DNA of 56,160 nt. Origin: a virus (lineage: Duplodnaviria; Caudoviricetes). The stretch covers positions 1 through 56,160 of IMG/VR virus record IMGVR_UViG_3300032247_000812; one strand, 5' to 3'. Shown here in pieces: positions 35,373-44,115 of the stretch. The notes beneath the pieces are model-generated. The model was not told the origin of the DNA, ran no database searches, and saw only the letters and a program-made list of their open reading frames with translations. Every line of letters starts with the position of its first letter. The stretch's first letter is position 1. The translations under genes and the position numbers were made by a program.

Positions 35373-36017
35373 TCAAAATGTATATGACGCTAAACTATCT
35401 TCTTTTACACCAGTTAATCCAGTCCAAAATGTATTAAATGATAATGACCTACGATTCCAAGGCATATCAGTTGGAACCTCTTCTACAAAATGATGTTGAT
35501 TACTTAAAAATAATACCATGTGATGTTGTAAATTATTAATAGTAGCAGGGTCAATTTGCTGGTCTTTGATTAATGCATTCAATGATGCATAGGTTTTATT
35601 CTTTGTAATAAAATAAGGTACTTGTGGTAAATATGATTCAATGTATAAATTTAAATTACTTGGATTATTATCCAAATAAATCACACCACTGATTACGCTA
35701 AATGGATGTACATGTTCATGGTGATTCTGACCCGGCTCAGTTTTATTAGCCCATGAGTTTGTCATTTTTAAATCTTGATAAAAATCACCGATGTTTAATG
35801 TATGTTTTAAAAACAAACTACATTCATCTTCAATAGCTTTTTTACTATCAGCAAACACATCTTTATCAAAGAAATTTTTATCAATACTAATTTCGTTATT
35901 GATATTTTTTTTATATTCTAATTTAGATAATTCATCTTCTACGTTATTAAAGTTTACCATTTCAGATAAATCTTTAATAAGAATTAATTGTTGGCTTACA
36001 TTAAATAGCAAATTCAT
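35373..36017 (-). CDS. putative 2OG-Fe(II) oxygenase (TIGR02466-like)
   Basis: SWAN, HHEHVHP.SVISGVIY, H.V, RRSLSFN. Confidence 0.82.
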   Translation of the reverse strand: MNLLFNVSQQLILIKDLSEMVNFNNVEDELSKLEYKKNINNEISIDKNFFDKDVFADSKKAIEDECSLFLKHTLNIGDFYQDLKMTNSWANKTEPGQNHHEHVHPFSVISGVIYLDNNPSNLNLYIESYLPQVPYFITKNKTYASLNALIKDQQIDPATINNLQHHMVLFLSNQHHFVEEVPTDMPWNRRSLSFNTFWTGLTGVKEDSLASYTF

Positions 36018-36605
36018 TTATTGTCTCTTTTCAAGTATTTTATCAGCTAATCCATATGTCACGGCTTGATCCGCACTCATAAAGTTATCACGTTCCATAT
36101 CCCGTGTTAAATCTTCAAATGACTTACCTGCACTATTGTGCTTAACATAGATATTGGTTAGATTTCGTTTCATTTCAAGGATTTCTTCAACTTGAATTAA
36201 CATGTCAGTTGCTTGACCACGTGCGCCACCACTTGGTTGATGAATCATATGTCGTGCATTGGGTAATATATAACGCTTACCTTTGGCTCCTGCTTGTGCA
36301 AGCAAGCTACCCATACTACATGCTTGACCCATAACAATAGTCATAACATCGGGCTTAATAAATTGCATTGCATCATAGATAGCCATACCAGCAGTTACGC
36401 TACCACCTGGGCTATTAATATAAAGGCTGATATCTTTTTCACCTTCACTTTCCAAATAAAGCAATTGGGCAACAACTAGATTTGCCATTTGGTCATGTAC
36501 TTCGCCCTCAAGCAAAATCACACGGTCACGCAACATGCGGCTGTAGATATCGTAACTACGCTCGCCTTTTGCGGTTTGTTCTAAAACCATTGGTACTAAA
36601 CTCAT
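36018..36605 (-). CDS. clpP: ATP-dependent Clp protease proteolytic subunit
   Basis: [47 protein letters not shown]. Confidence 0.97.
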   Translation of the reverse strand: MSLVPMVLEQTAKGERSYDIYSRMLRDRVILLEGEVHDQMANLVVAQLLYLESEGEKDISLYINSPGGSVTAGMAIYDAMQFIKPDVMTIVMGQACSMGSLLAQAGAKGKRYILPNARHMIHQPSGGARGQATDMLIQVEEILEMKRNLTNIYVKHNSAGKSFEDLTRDMERDNFMSADQAVTYGLADKILEKRQ

Positions 36606-36693
36606 AACACTCCTTAAGTAGATTTATATGTAACATTGTACATGCTATATTTACTTAATTCAAATGTTATGGCTAGTTATTTTTTATATTGGG

Positions 36694-38151
36694 TTAATCT
36701 GTGACTTTGAAACTTAAGCCCGCATCACCTGGGCTACCCGGTGACATTTTGGTATGTAGTGCAACATTACCGTCAACCTTACCTGGCCACAATACTTTGG
36801 TAACCAATTTCTTACTGATAATACGTGAGAAGATTTGGATAAAGTTTTCGTCTAATAACTCTAACACAGTTTTTCTAAATTTATCAATTAGTGTACTTGT
36901 GTTAATGATGTTAACTAAGTCTTTGGTGACAACATAAGCTAACTTACCACCATCAGTACCTTTACTTTGCTGAATGCTAGGAGTACTGATTAATTTGTTA
37001 AACTTTTCAGGCATTGGTTCAGCACCTTTGCTATTGATATTCTTTAACACTTTACGCATGTCTTCGCTGTAAAAAGGTAACAGACCGGCATATTGTTCTG
37101 GAATTAAATCAGGATAGTGATTGTATAACCAATTCATTCCTGCGAATCCTTGTACTGTAACAGGTTTAACTTGAATGATATGATTGATAAAGTCTAATGA
37201 ATTACCAGGCTTAATTTTATCTTTACGCTTTTGAAGTGAAGGAGCTAGACCACTAAGTGCAGGAGCCGCACCTGTTGCAGTACTACCCTTACCACCTTTG
37301 CTACTAATCATAATTGTATGTCCAGTAGCCGCATTTTGTACACCGTAACTATCACTCAATGATGCATTTTGTTCACCTGGGAATATTAGTGATAATCCTT
37401 TAAGGTCAGGTGCACCCAAGAATTTTAAAAATCTATCTTGTTTCGGAAATTCTGCAACTTCGTTTATCATTGCAAGTATTCCTAAATACTCACCTGCATC
37501 GATGGCTATTTTCTTTTGTATAGTTTCATCATACATGCTTAAGTCAGGTACTTTTTTAGCCTGCATTTGTTTAGCAACTTCTTTAATCCCTACACCTAAC
37601 TCACCTGCTTGGTCAAGTATTTCGTTGTTCATAATAGTTTGATATAAACTACCTGCAGGAATTTCTTTATGTGCATCTAGTGCATTTTTAACTTCTTCAT
37701 CTGTAGTAAGTACAACTTTATCTTTTGGTTTAGTTCCGGGCTTATTGATAGGATCAGTTGCAATACCGATACCAATTGGTTGAACATTAACGTCAGTTGT
37801 TACCTGACCTTTCTTAGTTTGTAAGTCAGCTTTTTCAAACTTACTAACAGGTATAACTTTACCCGGTAATTCTTCACCCTGAGGTGTAACTATTTTTTCA
37901 ATCTTTAGTGACAGACTTGGTAAAGATGCATTTGGTTGTTTCTTTAGTGTATCCAACAAATTATAAACTTGTGTAGCTATATTATCAACCTGTGTTTTGT
38001 CCGGGAAGTATTGATTTCCGTCTTTATCAAGGAATGGTGTTCCATCAACTATTTTTTTAAGGAAATTAGTAGGTCTCCAGTCTAGGTGACGAGGATCAAA
38101 TAAATTTGCCGGGGTTAGGGGACTTTCGGTTAAAAATTCTGTGGCTCGCAT
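36694..38151 (-). CDS. hypothetical protein, putative internal head protein
   Basis: 485 aa; MRATEFLTE leader; ATAAATA upstream; GE...D...ISSK could be a PD-(D/E)XK-like core. Confidence 0.75.
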   Translation of the reverse strand: MRATEFLTESPLTPANLFDPRHLDWRPTNFLKKIVDGTPFLDKDGNQYFPDKTQVDNIATQVYNLLDTLKKQPNASLPSLSLKIEKIVTPQGEELPGKVIPVSKFEKADLQTKKGQVTTDVNVQPIGIGIATDPINKPGTKPKDKVVLTTDEEVKNALDAHKEIPAGSLYQTIMNNEILDQAGELGVGIKEVAKQMQAKKVPDLSMYDETIQKKIAIDAGEYLGILAMINEVAEFPKQDRFLKFLGAPDLKGLSLIFPGEQNASLSDSYGVQNAATGHTIMISSKGGKGSTATGAAPALSGLAPSLQKRKDKIKPGNSLDFINHIIQVKPVTVQGFAGMNWLYNHYPDLIPEQYAGLLPFYSEDMRKVLKNINSKGAEPMPEKFNKLISTPSIQQSKGTDGGKLAYVVTKDLVNIINTSTLIDKFRKTVLELLDENFIQIFSRIISKKLVTKVLWPGKVDGNVALHTKMSPGSPGDAGLSFKVTD

Positions 38152-38255
38152 GATATAAGTATTTATTCAAAATTATAATTTATTCATATAAAAAAATGAC
38201 TATTAGCCGTTCCTGTGTTAAATATACTGTACAGTTCAAAATTAAAGGAGAATAT

Positions 38256-38594
38256 ATGTTTGAATTTTTGAAAAAGTTATTTTCAAGTAAGCCTAAGACA
38301 ACAGAAACACCCGCACCAGCGTGGGATAATACAGTACCTTATAAGGTCCCTGAGCCACCTGCAACAACACTGATTCCATTAGTTGTTACTAACAGCAATC
38401 CTGCAGATAATGTACCTTTAGTTGCAAAAGTAGAACCAGTTGTTCCTAAAGCTGAAACATCTGCTAAAAAACCACGTGCTCCACGTGCTCCAAAAGTAGC
38501 AAAAACTGAAACTGCGCCTAAGGCAAAAAAAGTTAAAGAAACAACTGATAAGCCTAAGGCACCTAAAAAGCCAAGAATTAGTATTGCCAAATAA
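38256..38594 (+). CDS. Lys/Ala/Pro-rich low-complexity protein
   Basis: AAGGAG RBS; MFEFLKKLF amphipathic start, histone-H1-like basic tail. Confidence 0.8.
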   Translation: MFEFLKKLFSSKPKTTETPAPAWDNTVPYKVPEPPATTLIPLVVTNSNPADNVPLVAKVEPVVPKAETSAKKPRAPRAPKVAKTETAPKAKKVKETTDKPKAPKKPRISIAK

Positions 38595-38597
38595 TAG

Positions 38598-39299
38598 ATG
38601 AACACGATTGGTTTTGATTTAATTAGCGACCTGAATCTTAACAATCAGGACAGTTTTAATTGGGAAGGTAAAGCTACAAGTTTATATTGTATCATTGCGG
38701 GTAACTTAAGTGATGACTTACAAGTTATAAGAGAAACACTAACTCATTTAGCTAACTGTTATCAGGGTGTATTTTACACACTGGGGTCAATGGAATATAA
38801 TAATACCAATGACATTATTACTCGTACTGCTGAAATACATAAATTATGCAGGACAATTAAAAATGTAGCTGTTATGCACCATCACGTGGTTGTAGTAGAT
38901 GGTATAGCTGTTGTTGGGGCAAATGGATGGTATGGTAATGTAGTACCTACTAATCCTGAAATCAATGCGTTAGTAGAACAACATCGCAATGAAGATATAC
39001 TGTATCTAAAAAATACAATTGAAAAACTACAAAAACATTTGGATGTTAAAAAGATTATCGTAGTAAGTAACTCAGTTCCTAGTCCAAATTTATATTTTGG
39101 ACAACAACCAGAAACAATTCAAAATCAATTAAATCTTACTATAGCCCTACTTTCAGATAGTGAAAGTAAAGTAACTCATTGGGCATTTGGGACATTTGAC
39201 AAATTAGTTGATGTCGGTATTAGCGGCATCAACTATGTCAACAATGGATGTTTTAGAAAAAACCCTTATTGGGCTAAAAGAATAGAAATTACCTGTTAA
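38598..39299 (+). CDS. degenerate metallophosphoesterase-fold protein
   Basis: ISDLNL, IAGN, LGSMEY, HWAFG: fold motifs kept but metal-binding His replaced. Confidence 0.7.
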   Translation: MNTIGFDLISDLNLNNQDSFNWEGKATSLYCIIAGNLSDDLQVIRETLTHLANCYQGVFYTLGSMEYNNTNDIITRTAEIHKLCRTIKNVAVMHHHVVVVDGIAVVGANGWYGNVVPTNPEINALVEQHRNEDILYLKNTIEKLQKHLDVKKIIVVSNSVPSPNLYFGQQPETIQNQLNLTIALLSDSESKVTHWAFGTFDKLVDVGISGINYVNNGCFRKNPYWAKRIEITC

Positions 39300-39601
39300 G
39301 CCTCTTGCTCAATTTTTACTTGAAGAGGAAAGCCCTTGCTACGTGCGTCTAGTGTAACTTCAACGCCCTTTTGTTCAGCAATTTCGTAAGGTAATACAGC
39401 TACTACAGCACTACCGGCTTCATGGATATTATGCGTAATGTTTTGTGCATGTTCCATATTGTAGTCAAAGTAATTAATTAAACTACCAACAACAAACTCC
39501 ATACTTGTTACTTCATCATTAAAATAAATGATTTTAAATAACGGTGGTTCACTCAATGCTAGATTGGGTCTAATTTTTACTTTTGTTTCTGCTTTTGACA
39601 T
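39296..39601 (-). CDS. clpS: Clp protease adaptor ClpS
   Basis: PPLFKIIYFNDEVTSMEFVV, IHEAGSAVV, EIAEQK, GFPL. Confidence 0.93.
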   Translation of the reverse strand: MSKAETKVKIRPNLALSEPPLFKIIYFNDEVTSMEFVVGSLINYFDYNMEHAQNITHNIHEAGSAVVAVLPYEIAEQKGVEVTLDARSKGFPLQVKIEQEA

Positions 39602-39632
39602 GGTTTAGATAGCCTTTAAAATGTTGTTATAA

Positions 39633-39656
39633 GTGTGTAGCCTTGCGACTACACAC
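39633..39656 (-). other. GNRA-capped stem-loop between hsp20 and clpS
   Basis: GTGTGTAGTC-GCAA-GGCTACACAC on minus strand. Confidence 0.65.
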
Positions 39657-39667
39657 ATGCTATTATA

Positions 39668-40126
39668 TTATTTAGTGTAGGTAATAGCAATAGACTTGGG
39701 CTTTTGTTCCTCAGGAACTTCACGCTTTAAGTGAACATTAAGAATACCCAATTCTAAATGAGCATTTTCAATCTCAACATGGTCAGCAAGTTTGAATTCT
39801 CTACGGAAATCTCTTGCACTAATTCCACGATGTAGATATGTAGGCGCGCCTTCAAGTGTTTCTTCTTCCTTAATAGTATTTTTACCTTCAATAATCAAAA
39901 AGTTTTTGTCTTTTGTTACTGAAAGGTTATCAAGGCCAAACCCAGCCACAGCCAAACTAATCATATACTCGTCCTCATTGATTTGGACTACGTTATATGG
40001 GGGATAGTTTGTTGTTGATTGTTGGGATTGAATTCTCATCAACTCGTCAAACATGTTATCGAAACCGATACCAAATTTGTGTAGTTGTGGAATGTCGAGG
40101 GAACGAAGGGTTAATGTGTTAGTCAT
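39668..40126 (-). CDS. ibpA: small heat shock protein Hsp20 (IbpA-like)
   Basis: IGFD, NYPPYN, LAVAGF, YLHRGISARDFRREF.LA, PEEQKPKSI.I. Confidence 0.94.
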   Translation of the reverse strand: MTNTLTLRSLDIPQLHKFGIGFDNMFDELMRIQSQQSTTNYPPYNVVQINEDEYMISLAVAGFGLDNLSVTKDKNFLIIEGKNTIKEEETLEGAPTYLHRGISARDFRREFKLADHVEIENAHLELGILNVHLKREVPEEQKPKSIAITYTK

Positions 40127-40186
40127 GTTTTATCTCCTTATTAAGCAAGACTGTTATATAGTAGACCCGACTATCGGCATCTACAT
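40127..40186 (-). promoter_or_regulatory. ROSE-like RNA thermometer in hsp20 5' UTR
   Basis: TCTTGCTT-AAT-AAGGAGA pairs U(U/C)GCU with the SD; upstream hairpin GTAGA(TG)CCGA-TAG-TCGGGTCTAC; ATAAATA promoter at 40190-40196. Confidence 0.75.
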
Positions 40187-40240
40187 ACGTATTTATTATA
40201 ATAAAAATACGCAAAAAATTCTACTATTTTGGTTATACTA

Positions 40241-40981
40241 CTACTTAGTTTGGTCAAGCCAGGGCATATATTTGCTAGCAAATTCTTGTTGTCTTTTACT
40301 ATAATTATTATAACTTTCTATTAATGCATCTGTTCGTGGAATTTCAGTTATTTCTTCTATAAGGCTTATTGTTGTATCTATAGAATTTATTAAATCGTTG
40401 TATTTCAGTATACAAATTCTATTTGGATATAAATTTTTAAAATTATCCCAATATTTTAACTTTACATTTTCATCCACATTTCCTTTTTTGACTATAAATC
40501 TAGTTAGTAGCTCTCTTACTTCTTCATCAGTAAACTCAGAAAACGCCTGTAAATTAGGTCGTAAGTTACTGTTAGTTTTAGATTCTTCTATATAAAAATT
40601 CCAATAGTTACGATATTGGAAACCTAAACTTACTTTATAAAAATGATTAAACTCAATTCTTAACCTTTCTGAATTGGACTCAGAAATTACTACCAATTTA
40701 GATTTTGGATACGTAGTTAATAACTCATCCGGGCTTGCAAATGACTTATTATTTAATTTGCAGTCTTCAGTAATTACCATAGTAAACAGTGTGTTATTTG
40801 GATGAGGTTGTATTGTTCCGCTTCGAAAGGGTAATGTATATTCATGTGCAGTTCCTATTTTTGGAAAAACAATAGGATTGGTGTCTTTAGATAAAGAATG
40901 TAAAATTAAAGCCGCCACAAACGAATGCCCAGAGCCACCCACAACACGTATAAAGCAAGGACTATTCATATTATTAATCAA
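40241..40981 (-). CDS. AT-rich hypothetical protein, sulfotransferase-like P-loop family
   Basis: VGGSGHSFVAAL N-terminus and Y..L...I..I.....Y..Y C-terminus similar to 23518 and 33536 genes. Confidence 0.6.
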   Translation of the reverse strand: MINNMNSPCFIRVVGGSGHSFVAALILHSLSKDTNPIVFPKIGTAHEYTLPFRSGTIQPHPNNTLFTMVITEDCKLNNKSFASPDELLTTYPKSKLVVISESNSERLRIEFNHFYKVSLGFQYRNYWNFYIEESKTNSNLRPNLQAFSEFTDEEVRELLTRFIVKKGNVDENVKLKYWDNFKNLYPNRICILKYNDLINSIDTTISLIEEITEIPRTDALIESYNNYSKRQQEFASKYMPWLDQTK

Positions 40982-41199
40982 AACAATTTTTTAGGTAACT
41001 CTTGTTCACGTAATTGTCGTTTCCATCTACTCTTTGCTTGCCCTCTGGCAATTTTTCTCTTAGTAGTTGGTTTAGTGTATTCTTGGCGGTCACGGACTTC
41101 TTGCAGTAAATTAGACTCTGCTATTTTCTTTTTGAATTTACGTAATGCCTTTTCAACATTTCCGTCCTGTACAATGACTTTTCTGCCTCTGAGAATCAT
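40978..41199 (-). CDS. rpsU: 30S ribosomal protein bS21
   Basis: NVEKALRKFKKK...LLQEVRDRQEYTKPTTKRK. Confidence 0.95.
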   Translation of the reverse strand: MILRGRKVIVQDGNVEKALRKFKKKIAESNLLQEVRDRQEYTKPTTKRKIARGQAKSRWKRQLREQELPKKLF

Positions 41200-42407
41200 A
41201 TAATCTTTTTTGGTTCCAAAACTAGTGCTTGATTAATATTTATCTCTTTTACATTATTTTCTCTATAGTCTCTAGTGTTGTACATGTGTGGCATCAATAC
41301 ACGTTCAATCTCAGTATGCAATCCGCGAGCGCCTGTTTTTAGTGCCAAGCAGTTATCAACGATTTGGTCTAGTGCCTCATCATCAAATGACAATTCGATA
41401 CCATCAATACTGAACAAGTACTTGTATTGGTCAATATAACTGTTTTTAACATCAATAAGTACCTTTTTAAGTTCCTCTTTAGACAGTTCAGTGATACTAA
41501 CTGTTGTAGTAAAACGACCAATGAATTCAGGAATCATACCAAACTTAACTAGGTCATCGGGCGTAGTTAGTGCCAAGTCACCTTCTTTTTTGCTGTCCTT
41601 AACCTCAGCACTGAATCCAATACTACTGCCATTTGTTCGTTTATTGATAACTTCTTTTAACCCTACAAACGCACCACCGGCAATAAACAAAATATTCTTT
41701 GTGTTAATCTCTAACATATCACCACCGGGGTGTTTTCTACCACCACCATTTGGAATTCTACAAACTGTACCCTCAACCAGTTTAAGTAATGCTTGTTGAA
41801 CACCCTCACCTGATACATCACGTGTTATGCTAGCACCTTCACTTTTACGTGCAATCTTATCAATCTCGTCAATAAACACAATACCACGCTCTGCTAGTTT
41901 AGCATCACCGCCTGCCGCATTAACTAACATGGCTATCATACTTTCGGCGTCATCACCAACATAACCTGCTTCAGTTAAACTGGTTGCATCAGCTACAACA
42001 AAGGGAACTTCTAAATACTTTGCTACTGTTTTAGCTAATAATGTTTTACCACTACCGGTTGGACCTAACAACAATACATTGCCTTTTTGAATTTCTAAAT
42101 CTTTGGGCGGGTGAGTAATACGTTTATAGTGATTAGCAATGGCAACACTTAAAATAGTTTTAGCCCAGTCTTGACCTATAACATGTAAATCTAAAAACGT
42201 TTTAATAGTACAAGGATCATACTTAGTATTATTTTCTTTTGTAACTTCAGTTTCTGGTGTAACTGCTTCTTCGTCCATTAAGTGAACACACAAGTCAATG
42301 CATTCACTACATATAGCAACATCATCCCCTACAATTAGTTTTTTTACTTTATCTTTGTGATTGTTACAAAACGAACAGTGGTTCAATGGTTTAGTTTCAT
42401 TAGTCAT
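41196..42407 (-). CDS. clpX: ATP-dependent Clp protease ATPase subunit ClpX
   Basis: CSFC/ICSEC Zn domain, GPTGSGKT, TEAGYVG, IDEIDK, RDVSGEGVQQALLK, RKH and IGF loops. Confidence 0.97.
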   Translation of the reverse strand: MTNETKPLNHCSFCNNHKDKVKKLIVGDDVAICSECIDLCVHLMDEEAVTPETEVTKENNTKYDPCTIKTFLDLHVIGQDWAKTILSVAIANHYKRITHPPKDLEIQKGNVLLLGPTGSGKTLLAKTVAKYLEVPFVVADATSLTEAGYVGDDAESMIAMLVNAAGGDAKLAERGIVFIDEIDKIARKSEGASITRDVSGEGVQQALLKLVEGTVCRIPNGGGRKHPGGDMLEINTKNILFIAGGAFVGLKEVINKRTNGSSIGFSAEVKDSKKEGDLALTTPDDLVKFGMIPEFIGRFTTTVSITELSKEELKKVLIDVKNSYIDQYKYLFSIDGIELSFDDEALDQIVDNCLALKTGARGLHTEIERVLMPHMYNTRDYRENNVKEININQALVLEPKKII

Positions 42408-42438
42408 ATGTTATATTTATATTAATATTTTTTAGATT

Positions 42439-43431
42439 TTAATTTTGACAATTGCTATGTGGTACAACTGATACTTCAATAGTAATTATCTTTTGTAAAA
42501 TCCATTCGTACTTTGGATCAATAGTTGCTCGTAGTACGTTTTCCTCTGATTCATTACCGTATATAATGAGATTGCTTGGATCACCTAAACCATAAAAAGA
42601 TGCTTTTCTTCCCGTCACCGAATCGGGAATCCAACAGCTACTATATAATGCATCATTATTTCTATCACGCAATACCATTTTAATGCGTACTTCTCTGTTA
42701 CCAGTCATTGAAGATTTAATATCATCAATCATTGGTATATCATTAAATTGATAATGATTGCGATTTCCTAATACATAATCTTTGGGATCCTTTGCCATGA
42801 CTGTTACATTAGCAGGAGCCTTTTGTAAAAAATTAAATTTATTATCCTGTGTTATTTTCAATGCCTCATTAACGGCTACGATGTAGTCATAGTTCCAATT
42901 CAATTTATAAGGTACTTCTAACACAGCGTTTTGATTTTTATCAACCACAATGCTATATGATTTGGTTTTAATGGTGTACGCATTTTGTGGATATGTTCTC
43001 AACACAGCAGATATAATACCATTGGCATTACTTTTTTGAGTCCTATATGAATTTATTTTATCGCTAAGTTTAGTACCGTCAATGTAATCTTCAACCTTTC
43101 CCCTGTTAAGGGTTTGGTCAATTAATTTACTCGGAGCAACAAGAACATCCATTGTAATCCTTACAGTTGAACCTGATGCTATTGAAACGATTTTGTAATC
43201 GTTAATATATCCAGCACTATACAAAGAAATATTGTCACGGGTTAGGTTGTTAATATTTGATTCTAGTTCACTGACAACAACCAAACCAACTCTCGTTTGT
43301 ATTGCTTGTTTAAAGGCATTGTTTTTTGCCTCAACAATTGAAGTGCCTTCTGCGGTTACACGAATGTAATCATTAGCAAAACATTTAATTGAGGCAAACA
43401 AACATGCTACTACGCATAGTAGTCGCAACAT
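42439..43431 (-). CDS. exported hypothetical protein
   Basis: Signal peptide; AKNNAF..AI...VG..V.SE (LPP20/FlgT-like N-terminus). Confidence 0.75.
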   Translation of the reverse strand: MLRLLCVVACLFASIKCFANDYIRVTAEGTSIVEAKNNAFKQAIQTRVGLVVVSELESNINNLTRDNISLYSAGYINDYKIVSIASGSTVRITMDVLVAPSKLIDQTLNRGKVEDYIDGTKLSDKINSYRTQKSNANGIISAVLRTYPQNAYTIKTKSYSIVVDKNQNAVLEVPYKLNWNYDYIVAVNEALKITQDNKFNFLQKAPANVTVMAKDPKDYVLGNRNHYQFNDIPMIDDIKSSMTGNREVRIKMVLRDRNNDALYSSCWIPDSVTGRKASFYGLGDPSNLIIYGNESEENVLRATIDPKYEWILQKIITIEVSVVPHSNCQN

Positions 43432-43434
43432 AGT

Positions 43435-44070
43435 TTAATTACTGCCAAATTTCTTACGCAATTGAGCCGCGGTACTATCACTGTTTTTATCCCAACGAAT
43501 GGTAACAGTAACTTCTTGATTACCAGTTACTTCTTGTTTTACAGGATAAAAACCACGCAACCTAGCTTGTGCATTCACACGAATATTTTCAGCTAATGAA
43601 TGTGCAGTATCATTGCTATTTTCAAGAATACTATAGTTAGTATCCTTTTCAGCTTCAGTATCGCTCATACTAACCGCTTCACCAGTCGTAGTGCGTGATT
43701 TAACACGGTCACTGGCTTTTTCAATGTTCTTAGCAATAGTGTTTGATACTTTATTGCTACCAACTTCTTCATTCATAAAATGAGCCACATTAGCCAATGC
43801 CTTCATTTGGGCACGTGTTAATGCAGTCATGCGGTTGTTATTACTATTGCCATTTGTAGTAGCACTGCCAGAACTGGTGATAGAAACAATCTCACAATCA
43901 GACTTCCATGGCTTATACCATACACAATCAGTTTCAATCTTGATTGTATCCTGATTAAAGGATGTTGAGAGTTTTTGATTGCGGATGGGTTCAATTTCAC
44001 CCTCACCGCGTTTAACTGTACTGCAACCCACCAATGCCAAAACTGCGGCTGAAATAATTAAGAGTTTCAT
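43435..44070 (-). CDS. lipoprotein (LPP20-like)
   Basis: Lipobox LVGC; A..KALANVA.F; VTVTIRWD. Confidence 0.8.
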   Translation of the reverse strand: MKLLIISAAVLALVGCSTVKRGEGEIEPIRNQKLSTSFNQDTIKIETDCVWYKPWKSDCEIVSITSSGSATTNGNSNNNRMTALTRAQMKALANVAHFMNEEVGSNKVSNTIAKNIEKASDRVKSRTTTGEAVSMSDTEAEKDTNYSILENSNDTAHSLAENIRVNAQARLRGFYPVKQEVTGNQEVTVTIRWDKNSDSTAAQLRKKFGSN

Positions 44071-44115
44071 ATAGAATCCTCAAGAGTTAATGATGTATAT
44101 ATTATACTACAAATC

